Positions 18,032 through 27,748 of a stretch of 32,000 nt of DNA are shown one piece after another. The position numbers and the translations under genes were made by a program. Origin of the DNA: Candidatus Harpocratesius repetitus (GTDB lineage: Archaea; Asgardarchaeota; Lokiarchaeia; Sigyniarchaeales; Promethearchaeaceae); the NCBI GenBank assembly GCA_021498095.1, contig JAIZWK010000001.1, positions 2,640,001 to 2,672,000 of the forward strand, in the 5' to 3' direction. The notes below the pieces were generated by a model. The model did not search any database, had not been told where the DNA came from, and saw only the letters and a list, made by a program, of their open reading frames with translations. Each line of letters starts with the position of its first letter. Position 1 is the stretch's first letter.

Positions 18032-21022
18032 TTAATTATTCACAAGTACTTCATCATTTTCTAATGGCAATTTACATACAACCAGAATTGTTTTGATTTG
18101 CATTGGTTTAAGTTGAAAATGCAGTTTTTGCCCTACTATTCTAATTTCGCCGGGTTGAATATTTTGGTTAACAATTTTTTCAATAGGATCAATTTCAGTT
18201 ACTTCTTTTATCACTATATTCTTATGAAGTATTATTTTTGCTTTAGTTATAGGTTTAGATTTATCTAAGTTAACACAGCGAATGATGAAAGGTAGTTCAC
18301 TCATGGAAGGACGGTAAAACCATTCAGGTGCTTCACGCATGTAAGGTTCCATTTCCTTTACACTCATAATTTCAACGGTTTTCGGAAAAACATCAATTAA
18401 TGAAAATGAAGGATGAACTGCATTTGTTGGAACAGCAATTAGTGGTGTATTATACTCTTGATATTGATGATATATTTCTAAATCATTAACTTTTTCAGTA
18501 ACAGGTTCTAAAGCCCATAATATGCGGTGAAAACCCATTTCTTGAACATGAATTTGTTGAGAGTAATCAGAATCTAATGAAATTGGGTTTGTTTTTGGTA
18601 TGATTGTTGCTTTAGAACCAATAAGCTTGATGATAGTTTTACTTGAATTAACATGAATATAATGCTTATTCTGGGCAAAAAAAGCAATTCCCTCACCAGA
18701 AGATAAATTAGATTGCTTATTTTTAGTTCGTCTGATAATAAAATCTTGACTTTTAAGATCGATCATTAATTCTCTATTATATTCATTTCTTTTTCTATCT
18801 TTTCCAATATTATCCAGTGGTAATTCCGAAATATTTGAAATCTCAAATGATTCTAATCCAATAATAGATTTTGTAGTTATTTTTGGAGTCGTTTTTGATG
18901 TTTCAAAATTAAAAAGTAATTCAGAATGAGGTTCCTGCCAATTGATTAAAATTTCAACTTCAATTCGGCTAGATTTATGGTAAAAATAATAATTAACATG
19001 AAGTTCTGTTCCTGTGTGTAGCTTTTGATAGTGACATCTAAGTGAATAGCGAATTGGTCCTTTTTCTTCAAATTGGATTGATTTAATCTTAAATTCTTTT
19101 AGATTTTGATAGATTTTTTTAATAGGTTGCATAATTGAAGATTTAGAATTTAAAATATGTGAAGAAGATTGAATATTGAAATAATATCCATCTGGTTTTA
19201 AAAGATTTAATTCAGAATTTGTAGATGTTTTTTCGCTTAACCATTTAATATAACCTGTATCTTTAGCAATTTTTACCTTGATAAACGCATTTTCAAAAAT
19301 AAAATCATTTCCATATTCTACTAATAATTTTTTTCGATTTTGTATTTCTATCGATGATTTAATTCCATAAATATTACTTATTCCAAAAGGATCAATTTCT
19401 GCATGTGGAGGGAGATAAATCAATAAATTTTCCTTTTCTGCTCTTTCGAAGGTATAAAGTTTATCCCTGGCTGTTTTTCTATCGAAATCTTCATCATTAT
19501 AATCAATTTGTACATTCAGATCTTGGAGTTCACAAATATCTTCTAATTCTTGTTCAATGTTTTTTAGATAGTTTATTCCCTCCACAAATGTTAATCCCAA
19601 TTGAATTTCACGGTTAAAAGTAAAGGGTGAATATGCAATATTTTGAGTTATTAATGGTTGATTATTGGCATCTAAGACATGAGCAAAGGAGCGTGCAGGA
19701 AGTATTAAATATCCCGACCTTTTCCAAGAAAGAGAATTAAATACACTGTAAACATCGTGATTTAAAGTCGATTTCATAGAATGTGCAATATGCATCATAG
19801 AATTTTCTTGAGTACTAAATAAGGCTGAGAAAATCGAATTAAATTCTTTTGCACTATCTCGAAGAACCTCTGTAATGACCTTTCCTGAAATAAGACTTTG
19901 ATTATGTTGTTTTAAAAAAAGTTCCCATAGATTCGTCAATTCATCTTGAAAATGCGGCCCACCAAAAATACCAGAAAAAAGGGAAAGAAATTCGGTTTGA
20001 AAAAACAACTGCTCACAAGATTTAATATGAGAATTTATAAATGAAATTTGATGCTGAGCGGGGAAATTTTCTGAATACTTAATATTCGTGGATAAAACAG
20101 GTAAATCATCTCTATTTTGATCAACAAAAGACCAATAATTTTGAAGTGAGACTATTTTTCCTAATTTCATTGATTCTAATGCTTGTGCAGTTATTATTTT
20201 TCTTAATGGAAGCATTCTTGTTAGGCGATTTGGAAATGAATTATAGAGAATGAGAGGAAAACTTATATTAGCATTATTTTTTATCCATTTTTTCTGAAAT
20301 TTAATAGTTTTATTAATACTTGATAAAATAGATGTGAAAGTCGTAGTTAACTCATAAATATCTTCATCGGTTTGTTGAACATCATTTACATTGACTTGGT
20401 TTTTGTTCTGCCAAATAAAATTTAAAGGAAAATTCAAATAATTTGGCTTTTTTTGAGTTGAAACTATAAGAAGTTGTGAAATTCCCATTTGTGAAAGAAT
20501 TGGTATTATTTGAGAATCTAAATGTTTAGGATTTGTCAAGACTAAAGTAGAACAATCTGTATGAAACCATTTCAAGAGAAAACGTTGACCCATTAGTAAA
20601 TTTCGAATAATAAGTTCTCCAGATAACATTTCAGGTAAAAAATCAACCCATCCTGCATTCACTATTTCCCATTTTTTTGTTTGAATCATATTTTGAATGT
20701 CCCGGAAATTTTCATTATAGTTTTTCCGAGTCCACTCAAGAAAAATAAGGGGACTTATACTCATTGATAAATCTATAAAAGGATCCTTTTCTCGAATAAT
20801 AAGATAATCTTGAAAAAATTGGCTTATTTTATTATCAATCATATCGGAAAGACGGTTTTGTTTTGTAAAAGGCCAAATTTTCATCAAATTAAAGAAAAAA
20901 TAATTTCTTTTTTCCTCATTTAAGTCGTTTGATTTTCTTTTGATTGATTTTTGAATTAAATCATAATATTTTATACGATAGATCCATCTTTTCCCTTTAA
21001 ATAACAGATCTGCGAATATCAT
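18032..21022 (-). CDS. GH38 alpha-mannosidase-like protein with degenerate catalytic motifs
   Basis: WEIVNAGWVDFLPEMLSGELIIRNLLMGQRF, QHNQSLISG (QfHD.l.G region) and VFNSLSWKRS follow the GH38 layout. The W.pD.FG nucleophile position reads VLTNPKH. The start codon is uncertain. Confidence 0.8.
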   Translation of the reverse strand: MIFADLLFKGKRWIYRIKYYDLIQKSIKRKSNDLNEEKRNYFFFNLMKIWPFTKQNRLSDMIDNKISQFFQDYLIIREKDPFIDLSMSISPLIFLEWTRKNYNENFRDIQNMIQTKKWEIVNAGWVDFLPEMLSGELIIRNLLMGQRFLLKWFHTDCSTLVLTNPKHLDSQIIPILSQMGISQLLIVSTQKKPNYLNFPLNFIWQNKNQVNVNDVQQTDEDIYELTTTFTSILSSINKTIKFQKKWIKNNANISFPLILYNSFPNRLTRMLPLRKIITAQALESMKLGKIVSLQNYWSFVDQNRDDLPVLSTNIKYSENFPAQHQISFINSHIKSCEQLFFQTEFLSLFSGIFGGPHFQDELTNLWELFLKQHNQSLISGKVITEVLRDSAKEFNSIFSALFSTQENSMMHIAHSMKSTLNHDVYSVFNSLSWKRSGYLILPARSFAHVLDANNQPLITQNIAYSPFTFNREIQLGLTFVEGINYLKNIEQELEDICELQDLNVQIDYNDEDFDRKTARDKLYTFERAEKENLLIYLPPHAEIDPFGISNIYGIKSSIEIQNRKKLLVEYGNDFIFENAFIKVKIAKDTGYIKWLSEKTSTNSELNLLKPDGYYFNIQSSSHILNSKSSIMQPIKKIYQNLKEFKIKSIQFEEKGPIRYSLRCHYQKLHTGTELHVNYYFYHKSSRIEVEILINWQEPHSELLFNFETSKTTPKITTKSIIGLESFEISNISELPLDNIGKDRKRNEYNRELMIDLKSQDFIIRRTKNKQSNLSSGEGIAFFAQNKHYIHVNSSKTIIKLIGSKATIIPKTNPISLDSDYSQQIHVQEMGFHRILWALEPVTEKVNDLEIYHQYQEYNTPLIAVPTNAVHPSFSLIDVFPKTVEIMSVKEMEPYMREAPEWFYRPSMSELPFIIRCVNLDKSKPITKAKIILHKNIVIKEVTEIDPIEKIVNQNIQPGEIRIVGQKLHFQLKPMQIKTILVVCKLPLENDEVLVNN

Positions 21023-21179
21023 ATAATAGCTAGAGTGGAATTCATCTCCTTAATAAGTTTTTGTCGGAAATCATAAGAGATCTGATATGAATAATTTAAT
21101 AATCTACAAAATTAATAATGTATCCGAATTATAATAGTTCTACAACAGATTTTTACTCATTCTTTGAGAAATAAAATTC

Positions 21180-21716
21180 GTGCAAATTAAAATGGAAACA
21201 CAGATCTGCGAATTAACTTGTCTTTTACGTGAATACTACGGGGATTATTATATTCCTGAAAATTGGGAAGAATCTCCAAAGTCGGTTAATTACATTGCTA
21301 AAATTACTCGAGGAGAGAAATTTATTTTTGATAGGAATTTTCTTCGAACTTATACACTTGATGGAAAAATTGTTTTCAAGAAATCTAATTTTAATGAAGG
21401 GGATATAATCGAGCAAAAATGTGTTTTTAAGCGGGGAAGCAAAGAAGAAGTGCTTTTCCATGGTTTCTTTGTTGTTCATTTTCATGAAAAAAAAATTTAT
21501 GGAGAAGAAATTTCGCAAAAAGATGCATTAGAATATTTTGATTTAAAAGAAAAACTTCCCGACCTTGATAATTCACAACATAATAAGTTAAAGATGAAAA
21601 TTGGTTCAGTTTTGCGTAAACTTGCCATAAAATATGGTGAAGAGACAGTTGTTAATATTCTTGCTGAAATTATTGATGAATATTTTCCCTCTCCCCAGAA
21701 TTCCATAATTGATTGA
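21180..21716 (+). CDS. Hypothetical protein (start possibly ATG 21192)
   Basis: 178-aa ORF with host-like composition; no motif recognised. Confidence 0.7.
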   Translation: MQIKMETQICELTCLLREYYGDYYIPENWEESPKSVNYIAKITRGEKFIFDRNFLRTYTLDGKIVFKKSNFNEGDIIEQKCVFKRGSKEEVLFHGFFVVHFHEKKIYGEEISQKDALEYFDLKEKLPDLDNSQHNKLKMKIGSVLRKLAIKYGEETVVNILAEIIDEYFPSPQNSIID

Positions 21717-21768
21717 TATTTTTTTTCAGCGAAGCTTTCTTTTTTGAAGAGATATTATTGCTCTTGGA

Positions 21769-22458
21769 ATGAAGAAAGAAAAGTACTATACATTACAAGA
21801 TGGCAATATGAAGGTTTCTGAATGGAAAAGCATAATTTTCAATATTAAACCTTATCGTCCTTTTTCATTCACATTGAAAAATACTGCACTTCTTGTATTA
21901 GATATGCAAAATATATTTCTCCAGGAAAAATCACATGCATTTATTCCTTCTGGTCTAGAAATCATTTCAAATATTCAAAAATTAATTTCCCTATTTGATA
22001 GATTGAATTTACCAATTATTGCCACTCAACATTATAATGTTCCTGAAAATAATAATGAAAAAAATTTAATGAATAAATGGTGGAAACATCCGATTGAAAA
22101 AAAATCCAAAGATTTTCAGCTTAATTCGGCTTTAATTTTTCCTTCAATAACCATATTTCTTAAAAAAAAACATTACAGCGCCTTCTATCAAACAAAATTA
22201 TCTTCAATTTTAAGAGCTCAAGAAATCACTTCTGTTGTAATTACAGGACTAATGACTCATCTTTGCTGCGAAACGACAGCCAGGGATGCTTTCATGCATG
22301 GTTTCCAAACTTTCTTTGTAATTGATGCAACTGCTACTTATTCTGAAGATCTTCATATTGGAAGTTTACGCGCTCTTGCTCATGGATTTAGTGTTTGTTT
22401 AAGTTATTTAGAAATCTTAGATTTTAGTAATAGCATAACCAAACAACCAAATGATTAA
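21769..22458 (+). CDS. Isochorismatase-family cysteine hydrolase
   Basis: ALLVLDMQN (Asp), KKHYSAF (Lys) and GLMTHLCCETTARDAF (Cys) give the full triad. Confidence 0.93.
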   Translation: MKKEKYYTLQDGNMKVSEWKSIIFNIKPYRPFSFTLKNTALLVLDMQNIFLQEKSHAFIPSGLEIISNIQKLISLFDRLNLPIIATQHYNVPENNNEKNLMNKWWKHPIEKKSKDFQLNSALIFPSITIFLKKKHYSAFYQTKLSSILRAQEITSVVITGLMTHLCCETTARDAFMHGFQTFFVIDATATYSEDLHIGSLRALAHGFSVCLSYLEILDFSNSITKQPND

Positions 22459-22469
22459 ATGATTAAGTA

Positions 22470-23405
22470 TTGGAGAGAATAATGTGCGATAATTACGTAC
22501 CTATTGTGATAATTGGTGCTGGACCTGCTGGGATTGCTGCAGCTCTGCAATTGCAAAGGGAGGAAATACCCTTTATCATATTATCTAATGATGTTGGTGG
22601 ATGTGTTAAAAACGCATTTCTGATTGAAAATTTAATTACATATCCTTTAGGAGTTTCAGGGGTCAACTTATCTGAAACTTTAGAGAAAGTAATTTCTCAA
22701 CATAACATTCCAATTATCTTTTGTCAAGTTAAAAGTATTGATTATGAAGATGAGCGATTTTTAATTAAAACAGATGAAAAAAAATATACTTCTTCATATT
22801 TAATCTTGGCAATTGGTTCCATTCCTTCTAAACTGAATATTTCTGGAGAAAAAATTGCTTATGAGGATCATTTGCTTAATTACGAAATAAAAAATACTAA
22901 CATTCAAAATAAAACAATAGCTATAATTGGAGGGGGAGATGTAGCTTTTGATTACGCTTTGAACCTCGTTAATAAAAATAATAAAATATTCATACTAGTT
23001 AGGTCATCCAATATAAAAGCGTTGCCTCGATTACAAGCGCTCGTAAGATCTCATAAATTAATTAAAGTTATTACCAATTTTCCAGTTGATAAAATCTCTG
23101 TAATAGATAAATCAGTTCGTTTATGGTCAACTTCTTCTTCATCAAATGAAAAACGCTCTATTAATGTTGATCATATTTTTGTTGCAATTGGGCGCCATCC
23201 AAATCAATTACTAATAGAATCGAAAATTAGAGAAATAAAAGATAAATTAATTTTTAAAAAACGACTTTATATAATAGGTGATTTTGCTCATTCTAAATTT
23301 CGACAAATTAGTATCGCCATGGGAGATGGAATTCAAGCTGCCATGAAATTGAGCAAAATTTGGGTAAGAAATAGACAGAATAAGAGAGAAAATTTAAAAT
23401 TATAG
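22470..23405 (+). CDS. Thioredoxin-reductase-like FAD/NAD(P) oxidoreductase lacking CxxC
   Basis: IIGAGPAG, LAIGS, IIGGGDVA and IIGD...QISIAMGDG; no CxxC before the NADPH-binding motif. Confidence 0.88.
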   Translation: MERIMCDNYVPIVIIGAGPAGIAAALQLQREEIPFIILSNDVGGCVKNAFLIENLITYPLGVSGVNLSETLEKVISQHNIPIIFCQVKSIDYEDERFLIKTDEKKYTSSYLILAIGSIPSKLNISGEKIAYEDHLLNYEIKNTNIQNKTIAIIGGGDVAFDYALNLVNKNNKIFILVRSSNIKALPRLQALVRSHKLIKVITNFPVDKISVIDKSVRLWSTSSSSNEKRSINVDHIFVAIGRHPNQLLIESKIREIKDKLIFKKRLYIIGDFAHSKFRQISIAMGDGIQAAMKLSKIWVRNRQNKRENLKL

Positions 23406-23489
23406 AGAACTTTTTTTATTTTCATTACTCTAATTTATTTTGTATACTTGTTCACATAAAATTAAGTGAATACTGATTTGGTGAAATAA

Positions 23490-24440
23490 TTGGAATTAGA
23501 AATTTTAAGAAAATTTGGTAAACCCGAATTAGCTACTTTATATATTGGCCGTTACAATAATGAAATTGTTGAATTTGTTGAGAGTGTACAACCTCCCTTT
23601 ACCCAAAAAGAAAAATGGGTCTTGATTCTATCTACTTTATATGGTTGTCCTATAGGTTGTTTAATGTGCGATGCTGGAGAGTATTATCATGGAAAAATTT
23701 CGAAAAAGGGAATGTGGCAACAATTACATTATATGATTTCTGCTAAATATCCAGATTTAAATGTTCCTGTAAAGAAATTTAAAATTCAATTTGCTCGTAT
23801 GGGAGAACCCAGTTTAAATGAAGCAGTTTTAGAATTATTAGCTGATCTTCCTCATTTATTAAATGCTCCTGGATTAATTCCTTGCATAAGTACTGTTGCT
23901 CCAGTTAAGGCTTCGAATTTTTTTAAAGAATTATTAAAAATAAAGCAGGAATATTATCGAAATGGGCATTTTCAACTTCAATTTTCTATTCATTCGACAA
24001 ATCAAAAAGAAAGACGCTCAATAATTCCTATTCCAATCTGGACTTTCGATGAAATTTCTCATTATGGAAATATATGGCATGAAGCGGGAGATCGGAAAAT
24101 AACCTTGAATTTTGCAGTAGGAGAAGGTGTTGAATTAAATCCTGAAAACCTTATTCCATATTTTGATCCTGAGAAATTTTTAATTAAAATAACACCTATC
24201 AATCCAACTAACCAAGCTAAACAGAATAAACTCAACAGTAAAATTACATCAGATATGTTAAACAACCAAATAATATGTGATTCTTTTCGAAAACTTGGTT
24301 ATGAAACAATACTAAGTATAGGTGAATGGGAAGAAAATCAGATAGGTTCTAATTGTGGTCAATACGCCACCAAAATTATACACGGAGAAGTAAAATTAAA
24401 AGAAAATTATACTTGCAGTGAATATGAAATTCCATTATAA
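23490..24440 (+). CDS. RlmN/Cfr-like radical SAM protein (divergent)
   Basis: CPIGCLMC cluster motif, ARMGEP, LQFSIHS and a C-terminal IGSNCGQY. TTG start. Confidence 0.88.
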   Translation: MELEILRKFGKPELATLYIGRYNNEIVEFVESVQPPFTQKEKWVLILSTLYGCPIGCLMCDAGEYYHGKISKKGMWQQLHYMISAKYPDLNVPVKKFKIQFARMGEPSLNEAVLELLADLPHLLNAPGLIPCISTVAPVKASNFFKELLKIKQEYYRNGHFQLQFSIHSTNQKERRSIIPIPIWTFDEISHYGNIWHEAGDRKITLNFAVGEGVELNPENLIPYFDPEKFLIKITPINPTNQAKQNKLNSKITSDMLNNQIICDSFRKLGYETILSIGEWEENQIGSNCGQYATKIIHGEVKLKENYTCSEYEIPL

Positions 24441-24508
24441 GTGTACGCTTGTTAAACATTTTTTATTTCTGTGAATTTTTATATGGCATGTGAAATTTTA
24501 AAACGATA

Positions 24509-26341
24509 ATGGCGGATTTAAAACGTATCTTACTTTCAAATGTGTTTTGGAAATTTAGATTCGGACTCTCACAAGATGATGATGGAGAGGATCTTGGTAT
24601 TACTGAAAAATGGTATGAAACAGGAATTCCTTATGATTCTCGACGTTTGAAAGTATATGTGCCATCTACTTGGTCCTATTATCAAAATCGCAAAAATTTT
24701 TACCATTTTGGTACCGGTTGGTATGAAACTTCCTTTTTTTTACCCCTAAAATGGGGTTCAGGAAACGGCAAAAAAATAACTTTAGTTTTTAATGGATCTA
24801 ATTACAAAACTACTGTATGGTTAAATGGACAAAAAGTTGGTTTCCATGAAGGTGGTTATACCAAATTTTGGTTTGAAATTAATAATTTTGTTAATTTTGG
24901 AAAAGAGAATTTATTAATTGTCCAAGTAGATAATCGTTATGTTCCAAATAGAATACCATGGGGAAAAAGCCCCCCATGGATGAATTACGGCGGCATTTAC
25001 CGACAAGTTTATTTGAAACAAACTTCCAAAATTTGTATTGATGATATCAAAATTACTAATAAAATAGAGTTTGATCGACCTGTAGGACAAGGATATCAAA
25101 AATGCCAAGTAAATCTTAATATTCGTTTTTCTATCAAAGATTATCGAGAATACTCTAAACCATTCAAAGGTAGTGTATTGGTTACTGTTAAAGACAATTT
25201 CAATCAAATCACCCATGAAGTTCCAATTCGAATGGGTCAAAAAGAAATTCAATTCATTAATACAACTATTCCTTTACAAACACCCACTTTATGGTCTCCA
25301 GAAAATCCTTATTTATATGATATTACATTTCAGTTAATTGAAGAAAAAAATCGAATGGAAATCGATAGAGAAAATATTCGCTGGGGTATCCGAGATTTTT
25401 ATGTTAATGAACATAATTTTTATTTGAATAATTCTAAAATTGTGCTCCGTGGAATAAATAGATTTGATGATCATCCAGATGTTGGTTCTTCACTTAACCC
25501 ACGTTTAATTTATAATGATCTTAATATTCTGAAAGATGCAAACATTAACTGTATTCGCACAACTTATTTTCCTCCCCATGAATCATTACTAGAATTAGCA
25601 GATGAGATGGGATTTTTAGTTTTAGAGCAAATTCCAGTTTGGGGATTTTCAAAAGATGATTATACTAAAGAGTATCTTACCAATGCACAGAAACAATTAT
25701 GGGAAATGATTCATCGAGATAAGAATCATTGTTCTATTATTACATGGTTAGTTTCAAGTGATTGTGAAACTCATACAGAAGAAGGAAGAAAATTCATGCA
25801 AGAATTATTATCATTATCTCGTGAATTAGATCCTTTTCGAACACATTCCTTAGTATCTAAAAATCCATTAGAAGATAAAACATTTGATTTAGTAGATTTT
25901 ATTTGCACACGAACTGATTCTGGATGGTATAGCCATTATAATACTTCACCTAATGAATCTGCTAAATTTATTGATCAAGTTTGGGAATCAATTAAGCAAC
26001 AACATCAAGAAGGAAAATTAAAACCATTAGTTCTATTAGAATTTGGTGCTGAAGCTATTGTTGGTAATAAATCATTTGCAAACGCACATTGGAGTGAAAA
26101 TTTCCAATATGATCTTTTGCGCGCTTACATTTCAGAAATAATTAGTAAAAAATACATTGCAGGAGCTTGCATTGGTCATTTTCAAGATTTTCGACTTAGT
26201 CCTTACAACGGTTTTCGAGATAAACCACAAGAATTGAATAATAAGGGGATTGTAGATGTGCATCGTCAACCGAAAATTAGTTTTTATATAGTTCAACGAT
26301 TATATCAAAAATGGGCAGATACTATAAAGAATAATCAATAA
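24509..26341 (+). CDS. GH2 beta-glucuronidase-like glycoside hydrolase
   Basis: GTGWYET, FHEGGYTKF, NYGGIYRQV, WSPENPYLY, LRGINRFDD, LLEFGAE and NNKGIVDVHRQPK. The acid/base motif is altered (WLVSSDC). Confidence 0.9.
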   Translation: MADLKRILLSNVFWKFRFGLSQDDDGEDLGITEKWYETGIPYDSRRLKVYVPSTWSYYQNRKNFYHFGTGWYETSFFLPLKWGSGNGKKITLVFNGSNYKTTVWLNGQKVGFHEGGYTKFWFEINNFVNFGKENLLIVQVDNRYVPNRIPWGKSPPWMNYGGIYRQVYLKQTSKICIDDIKITNKIEFDRPVGQGYQKCQVNLNIRFSIKDYREYSKPFKGSVLVTVKDNFNQITHEVPIRMGQKEIQFINTTIPLQTPTLWSPENPYLYDITFQLIEEKNRMEIDRENIRWGIRDFYVNEHNFYLNNSKIVLRGINRFDDHPDVGSSLNPRLIYNDLNILKDANINCIRTTYFPPHESLLELADEMGFLVLEQIPVWGFSKDDYTKEYLTNAQKQLWEMIHRDKNHCSIITWLVSSDCETHTEEGRKFMQELLSLSRELDPFRTHSLVSKNPLEDKTFDLVDFICTRTDSGWYSHYNTSPNESAKFIDQVWESIKQQHQEGKLKPLVLLEFGAEAIVGNKSFANAHWSENFQYDLLRAYISEIISKKYIAGACIGHFQDFRLSPYNGFRDKPQELNNKGIVDVHRQPKISFYIVQRLYQKWADTIKNNQ

Positions 26342-26404
26342 AAGCGAATAAGAACTGAAAATTTTTCTTTTTCATTTCTATTTTCTGATATTTTTTTATA
26401 TTTT

Positions 26405-27100
26405 TCATTCAATTATTGGAACTTGGAATAAATCCCATATTTGATTACTCTCGTTATTTATTTTTTCGATAATCTTAGCGAAAGTAATATGCTTTTCTTT
26501 AAATTCAATTATTTTTTGGCGAATTGAATCAAGATTATCTTGAATTTCTTGATAATTTAAAGGAAGATCACTAAACATACGGTTAATTGAAATTAATAAA
26601 TCTCGAGATTGCTTTTTCTTCACATTTTGGTTAATCGCACTCGCTAAAATTTGAATAAGATAACTGCTATACATATGAGCCTTCATTTTTTGCACTTCTT
26701 TCATTATAAATTCTTTAATGCCTTGAAATTCATATCTTCCTGTATCCATAAATAATCTGATTTCTTGAAGGTAATGTGTTTCAAATTCATGAATTATACT
26801 CCGTGTCAAAACATCTAATTCATAATATGTCTTTAAATCGAGATTCGTGAGATTCTTTAACAATAAAGTCCCATGAACATGTTCTCCTAAACACATTCGA
26901 ATTTCGCAATTTCCTCGCAAAACACGAAATAAATTATCTGAAGATAGACCCAATTCATCAAAAAATAAATTTGAAGCAGATAAGAATCCAGACATTAGCT
27001 GAATATCAATAGTGGGCTCTTCTTCTGGGGCAGAAAGATTGATATAGAAAAAAGTAAAGCTATCATAATGAATGAATATTTCGATCTCTCCATTTAGCAT
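26405..27100 (-). CDS. Longin-like domain protein with a helical C-terminus
   Basis: DIQLMSGFLSASNLFFDEL matches the D..LisGfLsAl..F..E helix typical of Asgard longin/roadblock-type proteins. Confidence 0.72.
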   Translation of the reverse strand: MLNGEIEIFIHYDSFTFFYINLSAPEEEPTIDIQLMSGFLSASNLFFDELGLSSDNLFRVLRGNCEIRMCLGEHVHGTLLLKNLTNLDLKTYYELDVLTRSIIHEFETHYLQEIRLFMDTGRYEFQGIKEFIMKEVQKMKAHMYSSYLIQILASAINQNVKKKQSRDLLISINRMFSDLPLNYQEIQDNLDSIRQKIIEFKEKHITFAKIIEKINNESNQIWDLFQVPIIE

Positions 27101-27282
27101 CTTATAGCAATAATGGAAAAGTATTCCTTTAAATCTATTTTCTCTTTTTCTTTTTTGTTTCCCAAACCAAAATTTTTTTAAATATGCTTAACTTACCTAC
27201 GTGAATCATAGGTTATTTTATCTAACTTTTACCTTATAGTTATTAACGAGTTTCACAAATAACGGTTAATTATAATTGCGAG

Positions 27283-27591
27283 ATGGTCGTAATGCCACGA
27301 AAATCAAAAAACGAAAAGATTGCTGAAAATGAGGAAAATTTTGAACAAGTTAAATATTTGTTAAATATGATAAATGAAGATAATGGAGTTCCAAGGAATA
27401 TTCGTAAAATTGCTCAAGAGTCCTTGGATTTAATTGATACAATTGATGATAAAGATAATACTGCAATAGTTTGTGCCAGTAATTGCATTTCTTTATTAGA
27501 AGACATTGCTCAAGATTTAAATTGTCCACTTCATAGCCGGACTCAAATATATCAAATTTTAAGTTTATTAGAACAAATCCATGATGTATAA
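27283..27591 (+). CDS. UPF0147 family archaeal protein (start possibly ATG 27292)
   Basis: INEDNGVPRNIRKIAQES...ISLLEDIAQDLNCPLHSRTQIYQILSLLE matches D..vPrNIR...D.N.P.h.RT.iw...s.LE. Confidence 0.9.
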   Translation: MVVMPRKSKNEKIAENEENFEQVKYLLNMINEDNGVPRNIRKIAQESLDLIDTIDDKDNTAIVCASNCISLLEDIAQDLNCPLHSRTQIYQILSLLEQIHDV

Positions 27592-27630
27592 AGTTATTCA
27601 CAACAAAATAATAAGTAGTCCTTTTTTTAA

Positions 27631-27740
27631 TCTTGATTTCTCTTGATTTCTCTTAAATTCTCTTAAATTCTCTTAAATTCTCTTAAATTCTCTTGATTTC
27701 TCTTGATTTCTCTTGATTTCTCTTGATTTCTCTTAAATTC
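27631..27740. repeat. Intergenic 10-bp minisatellite x11 with two unit variants
   Basis: X=tcttgatttc, Y=tcttaaattc; order XXYYYYXXXXY; between convergent genes. Confidence 0.97.
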
Positions 27741-27748
27741 TTTCCTTC

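Noticed and set aside
23490-24440. Assigning the symbol rlmN
   Set aside because: It lacks the C118-equivalent cysteine and the MGMGEP motif, so orthology is doubtful.
27631-27740. Possible CRISPR array
   Set aside because: 10-bp units are directly adjacent, with no unique spacers and no cas genes.
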